A stretch of DNA of 64,000 bases from Octopus vulgaris (lineage: Eukaryota). Position 1 is the stretch's first letter. Each line of letters begins with the position of its first letter. Shown here piece by piece: positions 1-14,679 of the stretch. The notes beneath the pieces were generated by a model. The model was not told the DNA's origin. It was given only the letters and a program-made list of their open reading frames with translations, and searched no databases. The stretch spans positions 17,050,001 to 17,114,000 of the forward strand of contig OX597832.1 in the NCBI GenBank assembly GCA_951406725.2, given 5' to 3'. The position numbers were made by a program, and so were the translations under genes.

Positions 1-95
<95 letters not shown>

Positions 96-167
96 CGTGC
101 ATGTGTCTATGTATGTACACATAATTGTGTGCGTATATATAAATATTCGCATGTACATATATATTTG

Positions 168-209
<42 letters not shown>

Positions 210-333
210 GGTATATATGTATATATGTATATATATATATGTATGTATATATGTATATATATATGTATGTATACATATATATATATATGTATATATATGT
301 ACATATGTATGTATATATATATATATGTATATA

Positions 334-383
<50 letters not shown>

Positions 384-405
384 GTGTGTGTGTGTGTGTG
401 TGTGT
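1..405. repeat. (TA)n/(TATG)n/(TG)n compound microsatellite
   Basis: Directly visible. Confidence 0.95.
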
Positions 406-859
406 GTTGAATAAGAGATGATTAAAGAGAGGAAAGAAAGAAAGCGAATGAATCAGAGACGTTTTTTGTCTTTTTTTTTTATAGCGTTGCGTTTTTTGGT
501 TGGCTTGATGCGTGCGTATGGACGCTTCAGTGTGAGATATATTTTATTTACTATATTTTACTTTATTTTCTGGGGGGTTTTTTGTGTGCGTGTGTATGTG
601 TGTATGTGTGTGTGAGTAAGTGTGTATTTTGCTTTGGCACTTATTCTAAGCCAACCCTCTCACCTAAGAGACTGAAAGAAGACAAAGTTGATGCCACCGA
701 GATTTCAACTCATAAACTGGACGGTCGATATTGGTCTGACGGTCTGCTGATTCTTGCTAACTACTCACTATCTCTATAAGATATATGGATATGAAGGTAT
801 GTCGTTAGGAATGATACGAGTGTACGCTGGTATGAGCGGATGCATGTATGAACGTATGT

Positions 860-1820
<961 letters not shown>

Positions 1821-2412
1821 AAATGTTATAGAAAACGTGCTGAAAGAAGGAAAAAACAAAATCGCTCATAAACAAGAAAACACATGAAAAAGATTTATAA
1901 AAGAATATATACACAGTAAATCTTACAAGATGGATGAACAGAGGGAGAGTCTGAAGTGTAAAGAAAGATATATTTGCAATGAGATTATGAGAGATGGAGA
2001 GCAGGGTAGGTTTGGTCGGAAGCAGAAGAAAAGAGAGAAAAAAAAAATCGACAGAGAAGAGTTGAAATAAACTGAAAGGTTGAGAAAGGTTGTGATTGGT
2101 CAGTTTTAGCTCTGATTCCCGTGTGACAGCCAGTGTCACGTGGATAAACGTGTGTGTATGTGTGTGTGTGTATGTGTGTGTGTGTGTGTGTTAGATTTTG
2201 TGGCTTTGTTTTTTTTTTTGTTTCTTTTTGCATAATGTATGTGGTACGAGTATTCGAGTATGTCTCTCTAGTAGGTGCGTTTAATCACTCTTCTCTTCAT
2301 GTGTGTGTATGACTTACTGTCCGTATGTGTGTATGTGTGTGTGTGTCTGTGTCTGTGTCTGTGTATTTCCGTGCATTGCAGATGTGTGTGTTTGTTTGCG
2401 TGAGTAGTTCAG

Positions 2413-2462
<50 letters not shown>

Positions 2463-2574
2463 GTAGCGATGTGTGGTAATTGTAGTGGCTTTAATAGCGG
2501 CAGTATTGGTGGTTCTTCGACGAAGTAACGTTTTTTGGGGGCGATGGGGCTGCTGTAGTTGTTAGCGATGTTGC

Positions 2575-2593
2575 TGTTGATGAAGACGATGAC

Positions 2594-2634
<41 letters not shown>

Positions 2635-2951
2635 CGATGGTGATGATGACGATGATGAGGAGGTGAGGTGGAGGGGGATGGCGATGGCAGGTGGTGGTGA
2701 TGGTGGTGGTGATGATGATGATGATGATGGCTATGAGGACGATGATGATGATGATGATGATGGCTATGAGGACGATGATGATGATGATGATGAAGCTAAT
2801 GGTGATCCTGATTGTGATGATGATGATGATGATGATGATGTTGATGATGATGATAAGGATTGTGATGATGATGATAATGATGAAGATGATGATGATAATG
2901 AAGATGATGATGATGGTGATAATAATCATGGTTTTGATGATAAAAATAGTG

Positions 2952-3010
<59 letters not shown>

Positions 3011-3250
3011 CATTATTATTATTATTATTATTATTATTACTACTACTACTACTACTACTATAACGACTATCATGATGATACCGAATAAAACAATAACAAC
3101 GAGGATGAAATGGAGGATGGAAGTAATGGTAATGAGGAGGAGAGGAGGAGGAGGCTGATGGTGTCGATATCTTTGATGATGAAGAGGAGCAGGAGAAAGA
3201 GGAGGATGACGCCAACGACGACGAGGACGACGACGATGGTGATGACGACA
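2575..3250. repeat. (GAT)n/(TTA)n/(TAC)n trinucleotide tract
   Basis: Directly visible. Confidence 0.95.
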
Positions 3251-3664
3251 AAACTGATGTTGATATTGAGGTCAGATCTTACGTTGGAAATCGATGTCGG
3301 AAGACGTTCCAACGGCGACAACACAGTATTTTATTCAAACATCGTGAGTAAAGCTAAGAAGGCAAATTTACGATATATGTATGTATATATTTTTCGCAGA
3401 CGATGAATGCCTAAGCCTAGATCTGGTATATTACAGGCTATTTAGCAATTTCTAAGGCTGAAAGATTTCTATTTTGTACTCTGCTACGTTCCTAACGGAA
3501 TTCTCCTTGTATGGGTATATGTATATACGTATGTACGTATGTCTGTGTATGTATATATATACATACATACATACATACATACATACATACATACTTACAT
3601 ACATACATATACATATATATATATATAAGCACACCTACATACATACATACATATATATATACAC

Positions 3665-3722
<58 letters not shown>

Positions 3723-3724
3723 GT

Positions 3725-4042
3725 AGAAAAGGAGGATTTCGATTACCTCTACGTAGTGGGTTGCAATACATATAAGAAATTAAAGACGGCAAAAGCACAC
3801 ACTTTACATAGTTTCAATATGATTTTTAGCATATCGACCGGTTTCGCTCTTGCTATTCATGACATTAATTTAAATACGTATTTAAATACTTATTTTCTTA
3901 AAGAACTTCTTTTGCTCCAAGTTGTGTGTGATATTTTCTAGTGAGTGATAAAAACAGTAGAAAAACTAAGGGGAGGTTATTGGGTATCTTTATTATTGTG
4001 CGCAATGGAGATAACCGTTCAGTTTTCAGTAGCGGTTGGGAA

Positions 4043-4079
<37 letters not shown>

Positions 4080-4355
4080 AAAGTTCGAAAACTAGTTTAG
4101 TGGTGAGATATATGTACAGTGATGTAATCGTAAATTAAAGATATTCAAATTTGGTTATGCGTGTATTTTTAGATGTGTTCTGTATTTTTCGATGAAAAAA
4201 GTTTCTTTATTTAGATGTTCTTGTAGAGAAATTGTATCTTTGCACTGGTAGAAGGAAGAGACTCTGAAATTTGGTTTGATGTTACCTGCACATTTCTCTA
4301 TATGTTCACTTAGAGGAATTTGTCTGTATCGCGGGAACCTGATCTGCTCTTTATG
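3725..4355 (-). mobile_element. Penelope-like retroelement 3' remnant (GIY-YIG endonuclease C-terminus plus terminal repeat region)
   Basis: Minus strand at about 4350-4165 reads QIRFPRYRQIPLSEHIEKCAGNIKPNFRVF / FYQCKDTISLQEHLNKETFFIEKYRTHLK with one frameshift, resembling PLE endonuclease C-termini. An HHR remnant lies downstream. Confidence 0.75.
3831..3865 (-). ncRNA. Degenerate type I hammerhead ribozyme
   Basis: ATGTC-ATGAATA-GC AAGA GC-GAAA-CCGG-TC-GATAT: stem I pairs, palindromic stem III ACCGGT, GUC site; core has 2 substitutions vs CTGAAGA. Confidence 0.6.
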
Positions 4356-4764
4356 TCGATGTTGGTGACGATCGTGCTAGTGGTTGTGGTGGTAGTCGTG
4401 AAGGCTTGAAAGGTGGCGGTAGTGGCGTTGGGTAGTCGGTATTGGGAATTTAAGTATCTACACCTGTGTGTTTCGGTAGAGCAAGTTCCGATATGAGTGC
4501 CGGGGAGGTTGGATTGGCCGACGTTAGATTGATTAGGGTACTGGGAGTGATGCTGATGATGATACAGGTGGAGCTGGTGAAGCCGGTAGTAGTAGTAGTG
4601 GTGGTGGTCGTGGTGGTGGTAGTGTTTGTGGTTCGGATGCTGCTGGTGCTTCTAGTACTGGTGGCGGAGGTTGTGGTAATGATTCTACGAATTGTGCTGA
4701 TGAATTTCGCCACGCAACACTTAAGATGCTGATAGGTTTTATGCATACATCAATTATTGTCGCT

Positions 4765-4886
4765 GTCAGCATCATCATCATCGTCATCCTCAGCATCATC
4801 ATCGTCATCATCTTCATCATCATTGTCATCAACATCATTGTCGTCATCATCATCATTATCATCGTCATAGTCGTCAATGATCGTCG

Positions 4887-4935
<49 letters not shown>

Positions 4936-4937
4936 TG

Positions 4938-4969
<32 letters not shown>

Positions 4970-5052
4970 GTCATCGTCATCATCACCATCATCATCATCG
5001 TTGTCATCGCCATCATCATCATCGTCAACATCATCATCATCGTCATCATCAA

Positions 5053-5084
<32 letters not shown>

Positions 5085-5214
5085 CCATCGTCATCATCAT
5101 CATCATCGTTGTCATCGCCATCATCATCATCAGGATAGTCATCCACAGTCGTCCCCATCTTCATCGGCGTCGTCGTCGTCATCATCATCATCATCGTCGT
5201 CGTCGTCATCGTCG

Positions 5215-5311
<97 letters not shown>

Positions 5312-5352
5312 ATCATCATCCTAATCATCATCATCATCATCATCATCATCCT

Positions 5353-5388
<36 letters not shown>

Positions 5389-5424
5389 TCTAATCATCAT
5401 CATCATCATCAACATCATCATCCT

Positions 5425-5467
<43 letters not shown>

Positions 5468-5680
5468 ATCGTCATCATCATCATCATCATCATCATTATT
5501 ATTATCACCATCATCCTAATCATTATCGTCAACTTAATCATCATCGTCATCATTATCATCATCACCATTGCCATCATTGCCATCATCATCAATGTTGGTC
5601 TTCGCCCACGTTATCTTAGATGTTGTCGTCGTCGTTGTCATCGTCGTCGTCGTCGTCGTCGTTGTCATCATCATCGTCAT
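4765..5680. repeat. (CAT)n trinucleotide tract with CGT/CCTAAT variants
   Basis: Directly visible. Confidence 0.95.
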
Positions 5681-5915
5681 CCTCAAGGCAAGTATTACTG
5701 TTAACGAGATCCTAATAATTCTGATAAGCACCGACCAACATAACCATCATCATCATCCTCTTCATCAACGAGGGAAACAGTAAGAATTTTCGCGGATTTA
5801 CAAGTATTTAGAACTCAATGACTATTTCTCCGAGTGTTTTGTGGCGTGAATATATGCAAACATACGTACATAGACGCATACACATAAATAGACAGACGGG
5901 CTAAGACAGAAAGAG
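5678..5915 (+). repeat. Inverted duplication, copy 1 (partner 9435-9668)
   Basis: GGCAAGTATTACTGTT.ACGAGATCCTAATAATTCTGATAA...GAAACAGTAAGAAT...ACTCAATGACTATTTCTCCGAG.GTTTTGTGGC..GAATATATGCAAACATACGTACATAGAC recurs reverse-complemented. Confidence 0.9.
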
Positions 5916-6064
5916 AGAGGGAGAGAGAGAGAGAGAAAGTGAGAGAGACATAAATAGATAGAGAGAAAGACACAGAGAGAGAGAAAATGAAAGAAAGAGA
6001 GAGAGATAAGTAGATAGATACATAGATAGATAAATAGGTTGACAGAGACAGACAGACAGACAGG

Positions 6065-6107
<43 letters not shown>

Positions 6108-6968
6108 GTTGACAGACAGAGACTGACAGATAGATAGATTGATAGATAGATAGATAGATTGGTATGTAGGTAGGTAGGTAGGTAGGTAGGTAGGTAGGTA
6201 GGTAGGTATGTAGGTAGGAAGGTCGATATGTAGATCGGTAGATAGATAGATATATATATTGTTAGGTAGGTAGGTAGGTAGGTAGGTGGGTAGGTAGGTA
6301 GATTTGTAGGTAGGTAGGTAGATAGGTAGATAGGTAGTTAAGTAGGTAGGTAGGTAGGTAGGTAGATAGTTAAGTAAGTAGATAAGTACGTACGTACGTA
6401 GATATGTACGACGTAGGTAGGTAGATAAATAGATTGATAGGTAAACAGACAGACAGATACGTACATATATCCATACATATCTAAACAAAAATTGAGAGAT
6501 AGTTGTAAGCAAATTGAGACATTCACCTGTTTGTTTATATTATTTTATCTCATTTGTTTGTCTTTTATTTTTTATTTTATTTATCATTATAATTTCTTTT
6601 TGTTTTCAAATTTTTTATTGATCTATTTATTTTGGTATCCATGGAGACGCCTATTTTTTTTCCCCCGAAAATCTATCATAAAACTCTATTCAATTAATTA
6701 AGAGAACTATTTTTTACTGTAGCTAAACCAATATCAGTTGCGTCCCTTGTATCAGCTGTTTTCACTATTATCTGTGCATATTCTAAAGAGGCTTTCTTCC
6801 ACGACCAACCGTAAAGTTAAATACGTTTTCACTCTTTGTCTCAACTACCAACTCTCTCTCACTCAGTCTTTCTCTCTCTTTCTTTCTTTCTCTCTCTATC
6901 TCTTTATCTCTCTCTGTCTATCTTATCTATCTATCTTGCCTATCTATCTAACTATCCATCTATGTTAA

Positions 6969-7020
<52 letters not shown>

Positions 7021-7025
7021 ATCTA

Positions 7026-7073
<48 letters not shown>

Positions 7074-7105
7074 TTATCTATCTATCTTCTCTATCTATCT
7101 ATCTG

Positions 7106-7176
<71 letters not shown>

Positions 7177-7249
7177 GTCTGTCTGTCTGTCTCTCTGTCT
7201 ATCCATCTGTCTGTCTGTCTCTCTGTCTATCTATCTATCTATCAATCTG

Positions 7250-7285
<36 letters not shown>

Positions 7286-7311
7286 GTGTGTCTGTCTGTC
7301 TGTCTCTCTCT

Positions 7312-7353
<42 letters not shown>

Positions 7354-7642
7354 CTATCTATCTATCTATCCATCTATCTATCTATTTACCTATCTGTCTG
7401 TCCATCTATCTTACCTATATACCTGTGTAAAGTTATATCCTTCGCTCACATATACACAATAGATACACAGAATCGTTAAAAAAAAACACATAAGATTATT
7501 AATTATATGTAGAGATAATCACGCTGAGTACGCATATGTGTGGTTTGTGCGTGAGTAATACTCTCTCACTTCTCTCTCTTTCTCCCTCGATCACTGTCTC
7601 CCTCTCTTTCTCTCTCTCTCTCTCTTTCTCTCTTTCTTGCAG

Positions 7643-7678
<36 letters not shown>

Positions 7679-7742
7679 CATATATGCATATTTACGTGAC
7701 GTGTATACATATGTGTGTGGTGTGTGTGCGTATATAAATACA

Positions 7743-7780
<38 letters not shown>

Positions 7781-7982
7781 AATATGTGTGTGTGTTTATA
7801 TGAATACTTATAATTATGTATGTATATATATGCATACATATATATATATACGTATACACCTATATATATATATATATATATACATATGTATATATATATA
7901 GATATATTTATGTCGATATATATATATGTATATATATATGTGTATGTATGTATATATATATGTATATACATATATATATATA

Positions 7983-8034
<52 letters not shown>

Positions 8035-8318
8035 AATGTATGCATGTATATATATATATACGCATCTTCACCATTTATTATTTATCGCCAAGAAGTAACG
8101 CTAACTCTTAGATATACTGTTGTCTCATATGCAACACAAAATCAATTTAATATTGGAAAAATAAGAATTAAAAAAGAACACATGATGTCAGTGAGAGAAA
8201 TCCGGACACCGATGTCTGACTTATCCGCCATTTTAGTTTCCTTTGTTTACAAAACTAGGTATTTATTTGGTCCATCTATAGAAGGATATTTAACATTATT
8301 TACGTCGTCGTCAACGCC

Positions 8319-8390
<72 letters not shown>

Positions 8391-8634
8391 GATGACAATG
8401 ATGATGTTACTACTCCTGCTGATGCTGATGCTGATGCTACTACCGCCTGCCGTGAATGATGCTCCTCATGCTACAGTTCATCAAGTTGTTGTTGTTGTTG
8501 TTGTTATTGCAGTTGTCGTTGTTGCATTTCCGTCGTCGTTGTTGTTGTTGTTGTTGACAACGATGAATACTAATGATGATACTAACGATACGTACGACGA
8601 TAATGATGTTGACAACTACTAAATATCGATATAT

Positions 8635-9232
8635 CTTATTTCCTTACTGCCCACAAGGGGCTACACACAGAGAGAACAAACAAGGACCGACAAACGGATT
8701 AACCCATTATATCGACCCCAGTACGTAACTGGTACTTATTTAATCGACCACGAAAGAATGAAAGGTAAAATCGACCTCGGCGGAATTAGAACTCAGAGCG
8801 TCGCGCCCGACGAAATACCTATTTATTTACTACCCACAAGGGGCTAGACACCGAGAGGACAACCAAGGACAGACAAACGGATTAATCTGATTATATCGAC
8901 CCCAGTGCGAAACTGGTACTGATTTATCGACCCCAAAAGGATGAAAGGCATTGTTGACCTCGGCAGAATTTGAACTCAGAACGTAGCGCAGACGAAATAC
9001 ATATTTCTGTATTACCCACAAGGGGCTAAACATAGAGAGGACAAACAAGGACAGACAAACGGATTAAGTCGATTATATCGACCTCAATGCGTAACTACTA
9101 CTTATTTAATCGACCCCGAAATAATGGAAAGCAAAGTCGACCTCGGCAGAATTTGAACTCAGAATGTAGCGGCAGACGAAATACCACTAAGCATGTCGCC
9201 CGGCGTGCTAACGGTTCTGCCACCTCGCCGCC
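8635..9232 (-). mobile_element. Tandem array of tRNA-derived SINE family A (three ~180-bp units, one complete head)
   Basis: Repeated unit with B-box-like GAGTTCAAATTCC and central GCCTTTCATCCTTTCGGGGTCGATAAA motif, which resembles the Sauria/Meta-type SINE core. Confidence 0.9.
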
Positions 9233-9404
9233 TTATTATATATCTATTTATCTTTCTATCTATCTATCTACCTATATATCTAACTATCTATATATCTATT
9301 TATCTATCTAGTTATCCCTCTATTTATCTGTCTGTCTGTCTCTTTGTCTGTCTCTCTGTCTCTATCTATCTATCTATTTATGTATCTATCTTCCGCTCTG
9401 TCCT

Positions 9405-9434
<30 letters not shown>

Positions 9435-9441
<7 letters not shown>

Positions 9442-9668
9442 GTCTTTGCCCGTCTTTGTATTTCTGTGTATTTGTCTATGTACGTATGTTTGCATATATT
9501 CTTGCCACAAAACCCTCGGAGAAATAGTCATTGAGTTTTAAATCCTTTTAACTACGCGAATATTCTTACTGTTTCTCTCGTTGATGATGATGATGATGAT
9601 GACGATGGTCGAGGATTATCAGAATTATTAGGATCTCGTCAACAGTAATACTTGCCGTGAGGAAGACG
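9435..9668 (-). repeat. Inverted duplication, copy 2 (partner 5678-5915)
   Basis: Reverse-complement match to 5678-5915. Confidence 0.9.
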
Positions 9669-9709
9669 ATGATGATGACGATGATGATGATGATAATGAT
9701 GATGATGAA

Positions 9710-9741
<32 letters not shown>

Positions 9742-10259
9742 CGACGACGACGACGACGATGACGATGATCTCAACGATCACAATCATGATGATGATGACG
9801 ACGATGCCAATGACAATAACCACGACGACGACGACGGCTACGACCAATTTTAGCGTTAAGCATCTGATCTGCCCTGAACTAAATGACATATGATTGTAGC
9901 TATTCCAATACATTCAATATAATTTTCCCCCTCCTATATGTGAATATAGCAGTACATTATGCTATATATATCCTGTCCTTATTTAAGATATTTTGGTAAA
10001 ATTTAAAACATATTTGGTTATTATTTCTCAGCTTCAATGCTCCCTATAGAATAGGCATCATTTTAATATCATGCAATATATAATAAATATAATATAATAC
10101 AATATGTTGATCATCGGGTGATATTATTCACAAAAGTATTATTTTTAACTGTTCAATATAATATGTTCAGCTTCCAAGATAATTACATTTTCTGGAGTAT
10201 ATTTGGACTTCACAGTTCATGACAGTATATGACAGCATAATATAATGTGTCCTAATATT

Positions 10260-11549
10260 CTTTCCGACTCTAGGCAGCAGGCCGAAATTTTGGGGGAGAG
10301 GTGGCTGGTACTTTATTTATCGATCCCGAAAGGACTAAAAGTAAACTCGATCTAGGCGGAATTTCAACTCAGAACGTGATGACGGACGAAGTACAGCTAA
10401 GCATTCCGCCCGGCGTGCTAACGTTTCTTATTCCTTTACTGCCCACAAAGGGCTAAACGTGGAGGGGACAAAAAAGGACAGAGAAACAGATTAAGTCGAT
10501 TACATCGACCCCAGTGCGTACCTGGTACCTAATTTATAGATCCCGAAAGGATGAAAGGCAAAGTCGACCTCGGCGGAATTTGAACTCAGAACGTAACGGC
10601 AGGCGAAATACGGCTACGCATTTCGTCCGGCGTGCTAACGTCTCTGCCAGCTCGCCACGTTTCAAACCTGTATACTTAATTTATCGATTCCCAATTGACG
10701 AAAGGCAAGGTCGACCTCGGCAAAATTTGTATTCGGAACGTGATAACGAACGAAATACCTATTTCTATTTCTTTACTACCCACAAGGGGCTAAACACAGA
10801 GAGGACAAACAAGGAAAGACAAACGGATTAGGTCGATTACATCGACCCCAGTGCGTAACTGGTTCTTAATTTATCGACCCCGAAAGGATGAAAGGCAAAG
10901 TCGACCTCGGCGGAATTTGTACTCAGAACGTGATGACGGACGAAATACCGCTAAGCATTTCGCCCGGGGTGCTAACGTTTCTTATTTCTTTACTGCCTAC
11001 AAGGGGCTAAACATGGAGGGGACAAACAAGGACAGACAAACAGATTAAGTCGATTACATCGACCCCAGAGCGTACCTGGTACTTAATTTATAGATCCCTA
11101 AAGGATGAAAGGCAAAGTCGACTCGGCGGAATTTGAACTCAGAACGTAACGGCAGGCGAAATACGGCTACGCATTTCGTCCGGCGTGCTAACGTCTCTGC
11201 CAGCTCGTCGCGTTTCAAACGTGTATACTTAATTTATCGATTCCCAATTGACGAAAGGCAAAGTCGACCTCGGCGAAATTTGTACTCGGAACGTGATGAC
11301 GGACGAAATACCTATTTCTATTTCTTTACTACCCACAAGGGGCTAAACACAGAGATGACAAACAAGGGAAGACAAACGGATTAGGTCGATTATATCGACC
11401 CCAGTACGTAACTGGTACTTAATTAAGCGACCCCGAAAAGACGAATTGCAAAATTGACCTCGGCGGAATTTGAACTCAGAACATGATGACGGACGAAATA
11501 CCGCTAAGCATTTCACCCGGCGTGCTAACGTTTCTGCCAGCTTACCGCC
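10260..11549 (-). mobile_element. SINE family A array with ~553-bp higher-order tandem duplication
   Basis: Diagnostic junction GTTTCAAAC.TGTATACTTAATTTATCGATTCCCAATTGACG at both 10659 and 11212. Confidence 0.9.
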
Positions 11550-11764
11550 GTGGTGTGTCGAAATATTAATGTGCTGAGGATAAACTTAAGACCGATATAT
11601 TCCCCACTCATCCTTATCCTCATCCTCATGTTCATTGTCGTGGTCGTCGTCATCATCATCATCATCAGCAGCAGCAGCAGCAACAGCAGCGTTGTCATCA
11701 ATATGATCACCACCAATAACCACCACCACTATCACCATCATTATCATCTTTTTCATTAACAACG

Positions 11765-12070
11765 AGCTGGAGGTATCGTTAGCGCGTCGGACAAAATGCT
11801 TAACGGTCGCGAGTTCGATTCCTAATGGCGCGTCATGTGCTTGAACAACGCACTTTATTTCACGTTGCTCCACTTCACTCACCTGGTAAAAATGAGTTTG
11901 GCCAGTATTTCAAATGACCGGCCTTGCTGCATTCTGAGTGATACACAATAGCCTGAGAACTACGTTAAGGGTACACGTGTCTGTGGAATACTCAGCCACT
12001 TGCACATTAATTTCACGAGCAGGCTGCTCTGTTGATTGGATAAACCAGAACAATCATTGCCGTAACTAAC
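11765..12070 (+). mobile_element. tRNA-derived SINE family D (degenerate)
   Basis: B-box GAGTTCGATTCC followed by ...CACTTTATTTCACGTTGCTCCA...AAAAATGAGT; related to 29950-30100 (-) and about 61560-61630. Confidence 0.7.
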
Positions 12071-12514
12071 AAGGAGAGTGATGTGCCGGGGCGTGAAGGA
12101 GAGCTTTGGGTGCCTCGTAAACTGCGTTAAATGACTTTGTCCTACCTTGTATTGATGAAGAAGACGTTCTGAATATCTGGGATTACTTTAAGAAATGTGC
12201 AATCTCGTTGCAATCTCTTTTAGTGTTTCAATCACAAGAATGCTGCCATGTTGGGGCACCGCCTTGAAGAATTTTAGATAAGCGTATCCCTCCCACCACT
12301 GTTTCATATTTGTAGGTTTCTTTGATCGAAACACTCAGATACTGGAACGCAAAGACACCGACAACTGTCGACGAGGCACGAAGCGGCGATTTTATGTGCC
12401 GAGTTCTCGGTATCGAGCACGAGTACGCTAAGTTATGCGGCCGGTTGATTGCCGGGGAGTAAGTCTGAGTAAGTTTGTCGTCAAGCGGTGTTGGGGGGAC
12501 AAACACATACATGT

Positions 12515-12560
<46 letters not shown>

Positions 12561-12567
<7 letters not shown>

Positions 12568-12864
12568 ATCACGTAACCGACCAGACCATCAGATGTTGTT
12601 ACACATCGCTGGTCACAATGCGTTCGCATTGTTTTAGCTTTCGAATGACGCCACCCCGCTAGCTAAGCGAGCAGTCCAACAGAAGGAAGAGTGGGAGAAA
12701 GAGTGGTGAAAGGGTACAGCAGGGATCACCACCCCCTGCAGGAGCATCGTGGAGCTTTTAGGTGTTTTCGCTCAATAAACACTCACAACGCCCGGTCTGG
12801 GAATCGAAACCACGATCCTACGACCACGAGTCCGCTGCACTAACCCCTGGGCCATTGCGCCTCC
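12561..12864 (-). mobile_element. tRNA-derived SINE family C
   Basis: Reverse complement of 42407-42710; A and B boxes; CACGTGATCACGTGA tail. Confidence 0.9.
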
Positions 12865-12872
12865 ACACACAC

Positions 12873-12984
<112 letters not shown>

Positions 12985-13014
12985 CTGGAACTTATCAAAA
13001 ATAAAAGACGAAGA

Positions 13015-13175
13015 TAGGTGTGTAAATAACAAACACGTGTATTAGTTGAACGCTCGGGAAGATGATAAAGTCTGTTACATTTCGAGCCTACGCTCTTCAT
13101 CAGAAAGGAATATGAGAAAATAAACAGAGAGAGAATAAAAAAGAAAGCTTTAGTTGCGAGCGGTCAGTCATGGCG
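13015..13175 (-). mobile_element. Short HHR-bearing repeat (family F; HHR at 13071-13108)
   Basis: CCTTT-CTGATGA-A-GAGC GTAG GCTC-GAAA-TG-TA-ACAGA; homologous to 41736-41890 and 42884-43013. Confidence 0.75.
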
Positions 13176-13324
13176 ATGGCCGGGCAGAGATGTTCAGACA
13201 GGAGAGCGAAGAAGAAGGGGAAATAATAAAGTAGTGGGGATACCAAGCAAAGGTCCGCGTCCGTGTGTATGTGAGACCGTATATGTGCGTGTATATATAT
13301 ATATATATAAATATATATAGCAAA

Positions 13325-13750
13325 AAGCAAAAAGTGAAAATACTACAGAAGGCTTGTTTTATAAGGTTAAACAATATATTTGAGTCCTTATGTTGGAAGA
13401 ATGTTATAAAATGTTTTCATACAGTAACATAGTTTTTGAAGAAATTACCGGTTTCGTGTTAACTTTTCAAATATCTCAAGTGTCTTTGCCTACATCATGT
13501 TATGTCTTCGTTATGAAGTGCTAAGAAGAGTTCTAGGTAGGGGGAGGTAATGAGCGATTTCTTCCGGTATAAGGGAGATAATCTCTTTATATTTCTTTTC
13601 CCTTTATCTAATGGGGTGAGTTTCTCTGTATAAGAATGTTAGAGTGGTTAAGTTTGGGTTAATATTTTTCAATGAAGAATGTTTCCTTGTTTAATCTAAT
13701 TTGTGTTGGTGTTCCAATAGCACATTTATAAAATGGAAATATTAAAATTT
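13325..13750 (-). mobile_element. Penelope-like retroelement 3' remnant with degenerate HHR (13441-13475)
   Basis: Minus strand reads IFPFYKCAIGTPTQIRLNKETFFIEKY*PKLN; downstream GATAT-TTGAAAA-GT TAAC AC-GAAA-CCGG-TA-ATTTC. Confidence 0.75.
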
Positions 13751-14269
13751 GTGGTAGTAGTTGCTTTTCACTTTTTACTATTTTCTATATATCCTACCAC
13801 GAGATTTCACACACCAGCTTTCTCATATATATATATATATATATATCGAAAAGATGTGTCATACTATTCCACATATACCAAAACAGTCATACACACAATC
13901 CAACATACTTTCATCATCACCTGCATCACGGATATCATTGTGGTTTCGACACCTGGGCAGCACCATTCAATACACTGTGGGATTGAACCCAGAACCATGT
14001 GGTTAGGAAGCCATGTGGTTAGGAAGTCTGAAGTATATATATCAACGACTACATCCAGCAAAATCCTAGGAAGGGAACCTTCAGTTTAACAAAGAATTCA
14101 ATAATTAATTTGACCTCAGATTGTGATATACAAGTGAATGATGGGAAGCATTACAATCTCTAAAACCGCTTTGAATATGTTCAAGTTTCGTCTTGTCTAA
14201 AAGAGATAAAGAAGACATTTAGCACATGATTGCGTCATATACGCTGTCATAATATATATAGGTATTATA

Positions 14270-14327
<58 letters not shown>

Positions 14328-14490
14328 AAAAAGGAGATGTGGAAGACGAGTTGTGATATATAAGAAAGGAATTGTGATATATAAAAAAGGAAGTGAAGAA
14401 AATGCCGACAAAATAAGTTAAGTAATTTAATTAGGTGAAAGTTCTTTTTACCGGTTGCGCATTTGTTATGCTTATCAAAAGTTTTTTCCT

Positions 14491-14529
<39 letters not shown>

Positions 14530-14531
<2 letters not shown>

Positions 14532-14623
14532 CAATTAAGGACAACTACTTAATAAGGAAAACTTAACAAGAAATTGTCAGGTAGATAGCGTGAAAACCTC
14601 ATAAGAGAAAAAAATTTCGAAAA

Positions 14624-14679
<56 letters not shown>

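Noticed and set aside
4697-4720. CTGATGA hammerhead core
   Set aside because: No stem II or GAAA follows; it arises from GAT-rich sequence.
8635-11549. CRISPR-like regular repeats
   Set aside because: The units are ~180-bp SINE bodies without unique spacers; eukaryotic context and no cas genes.
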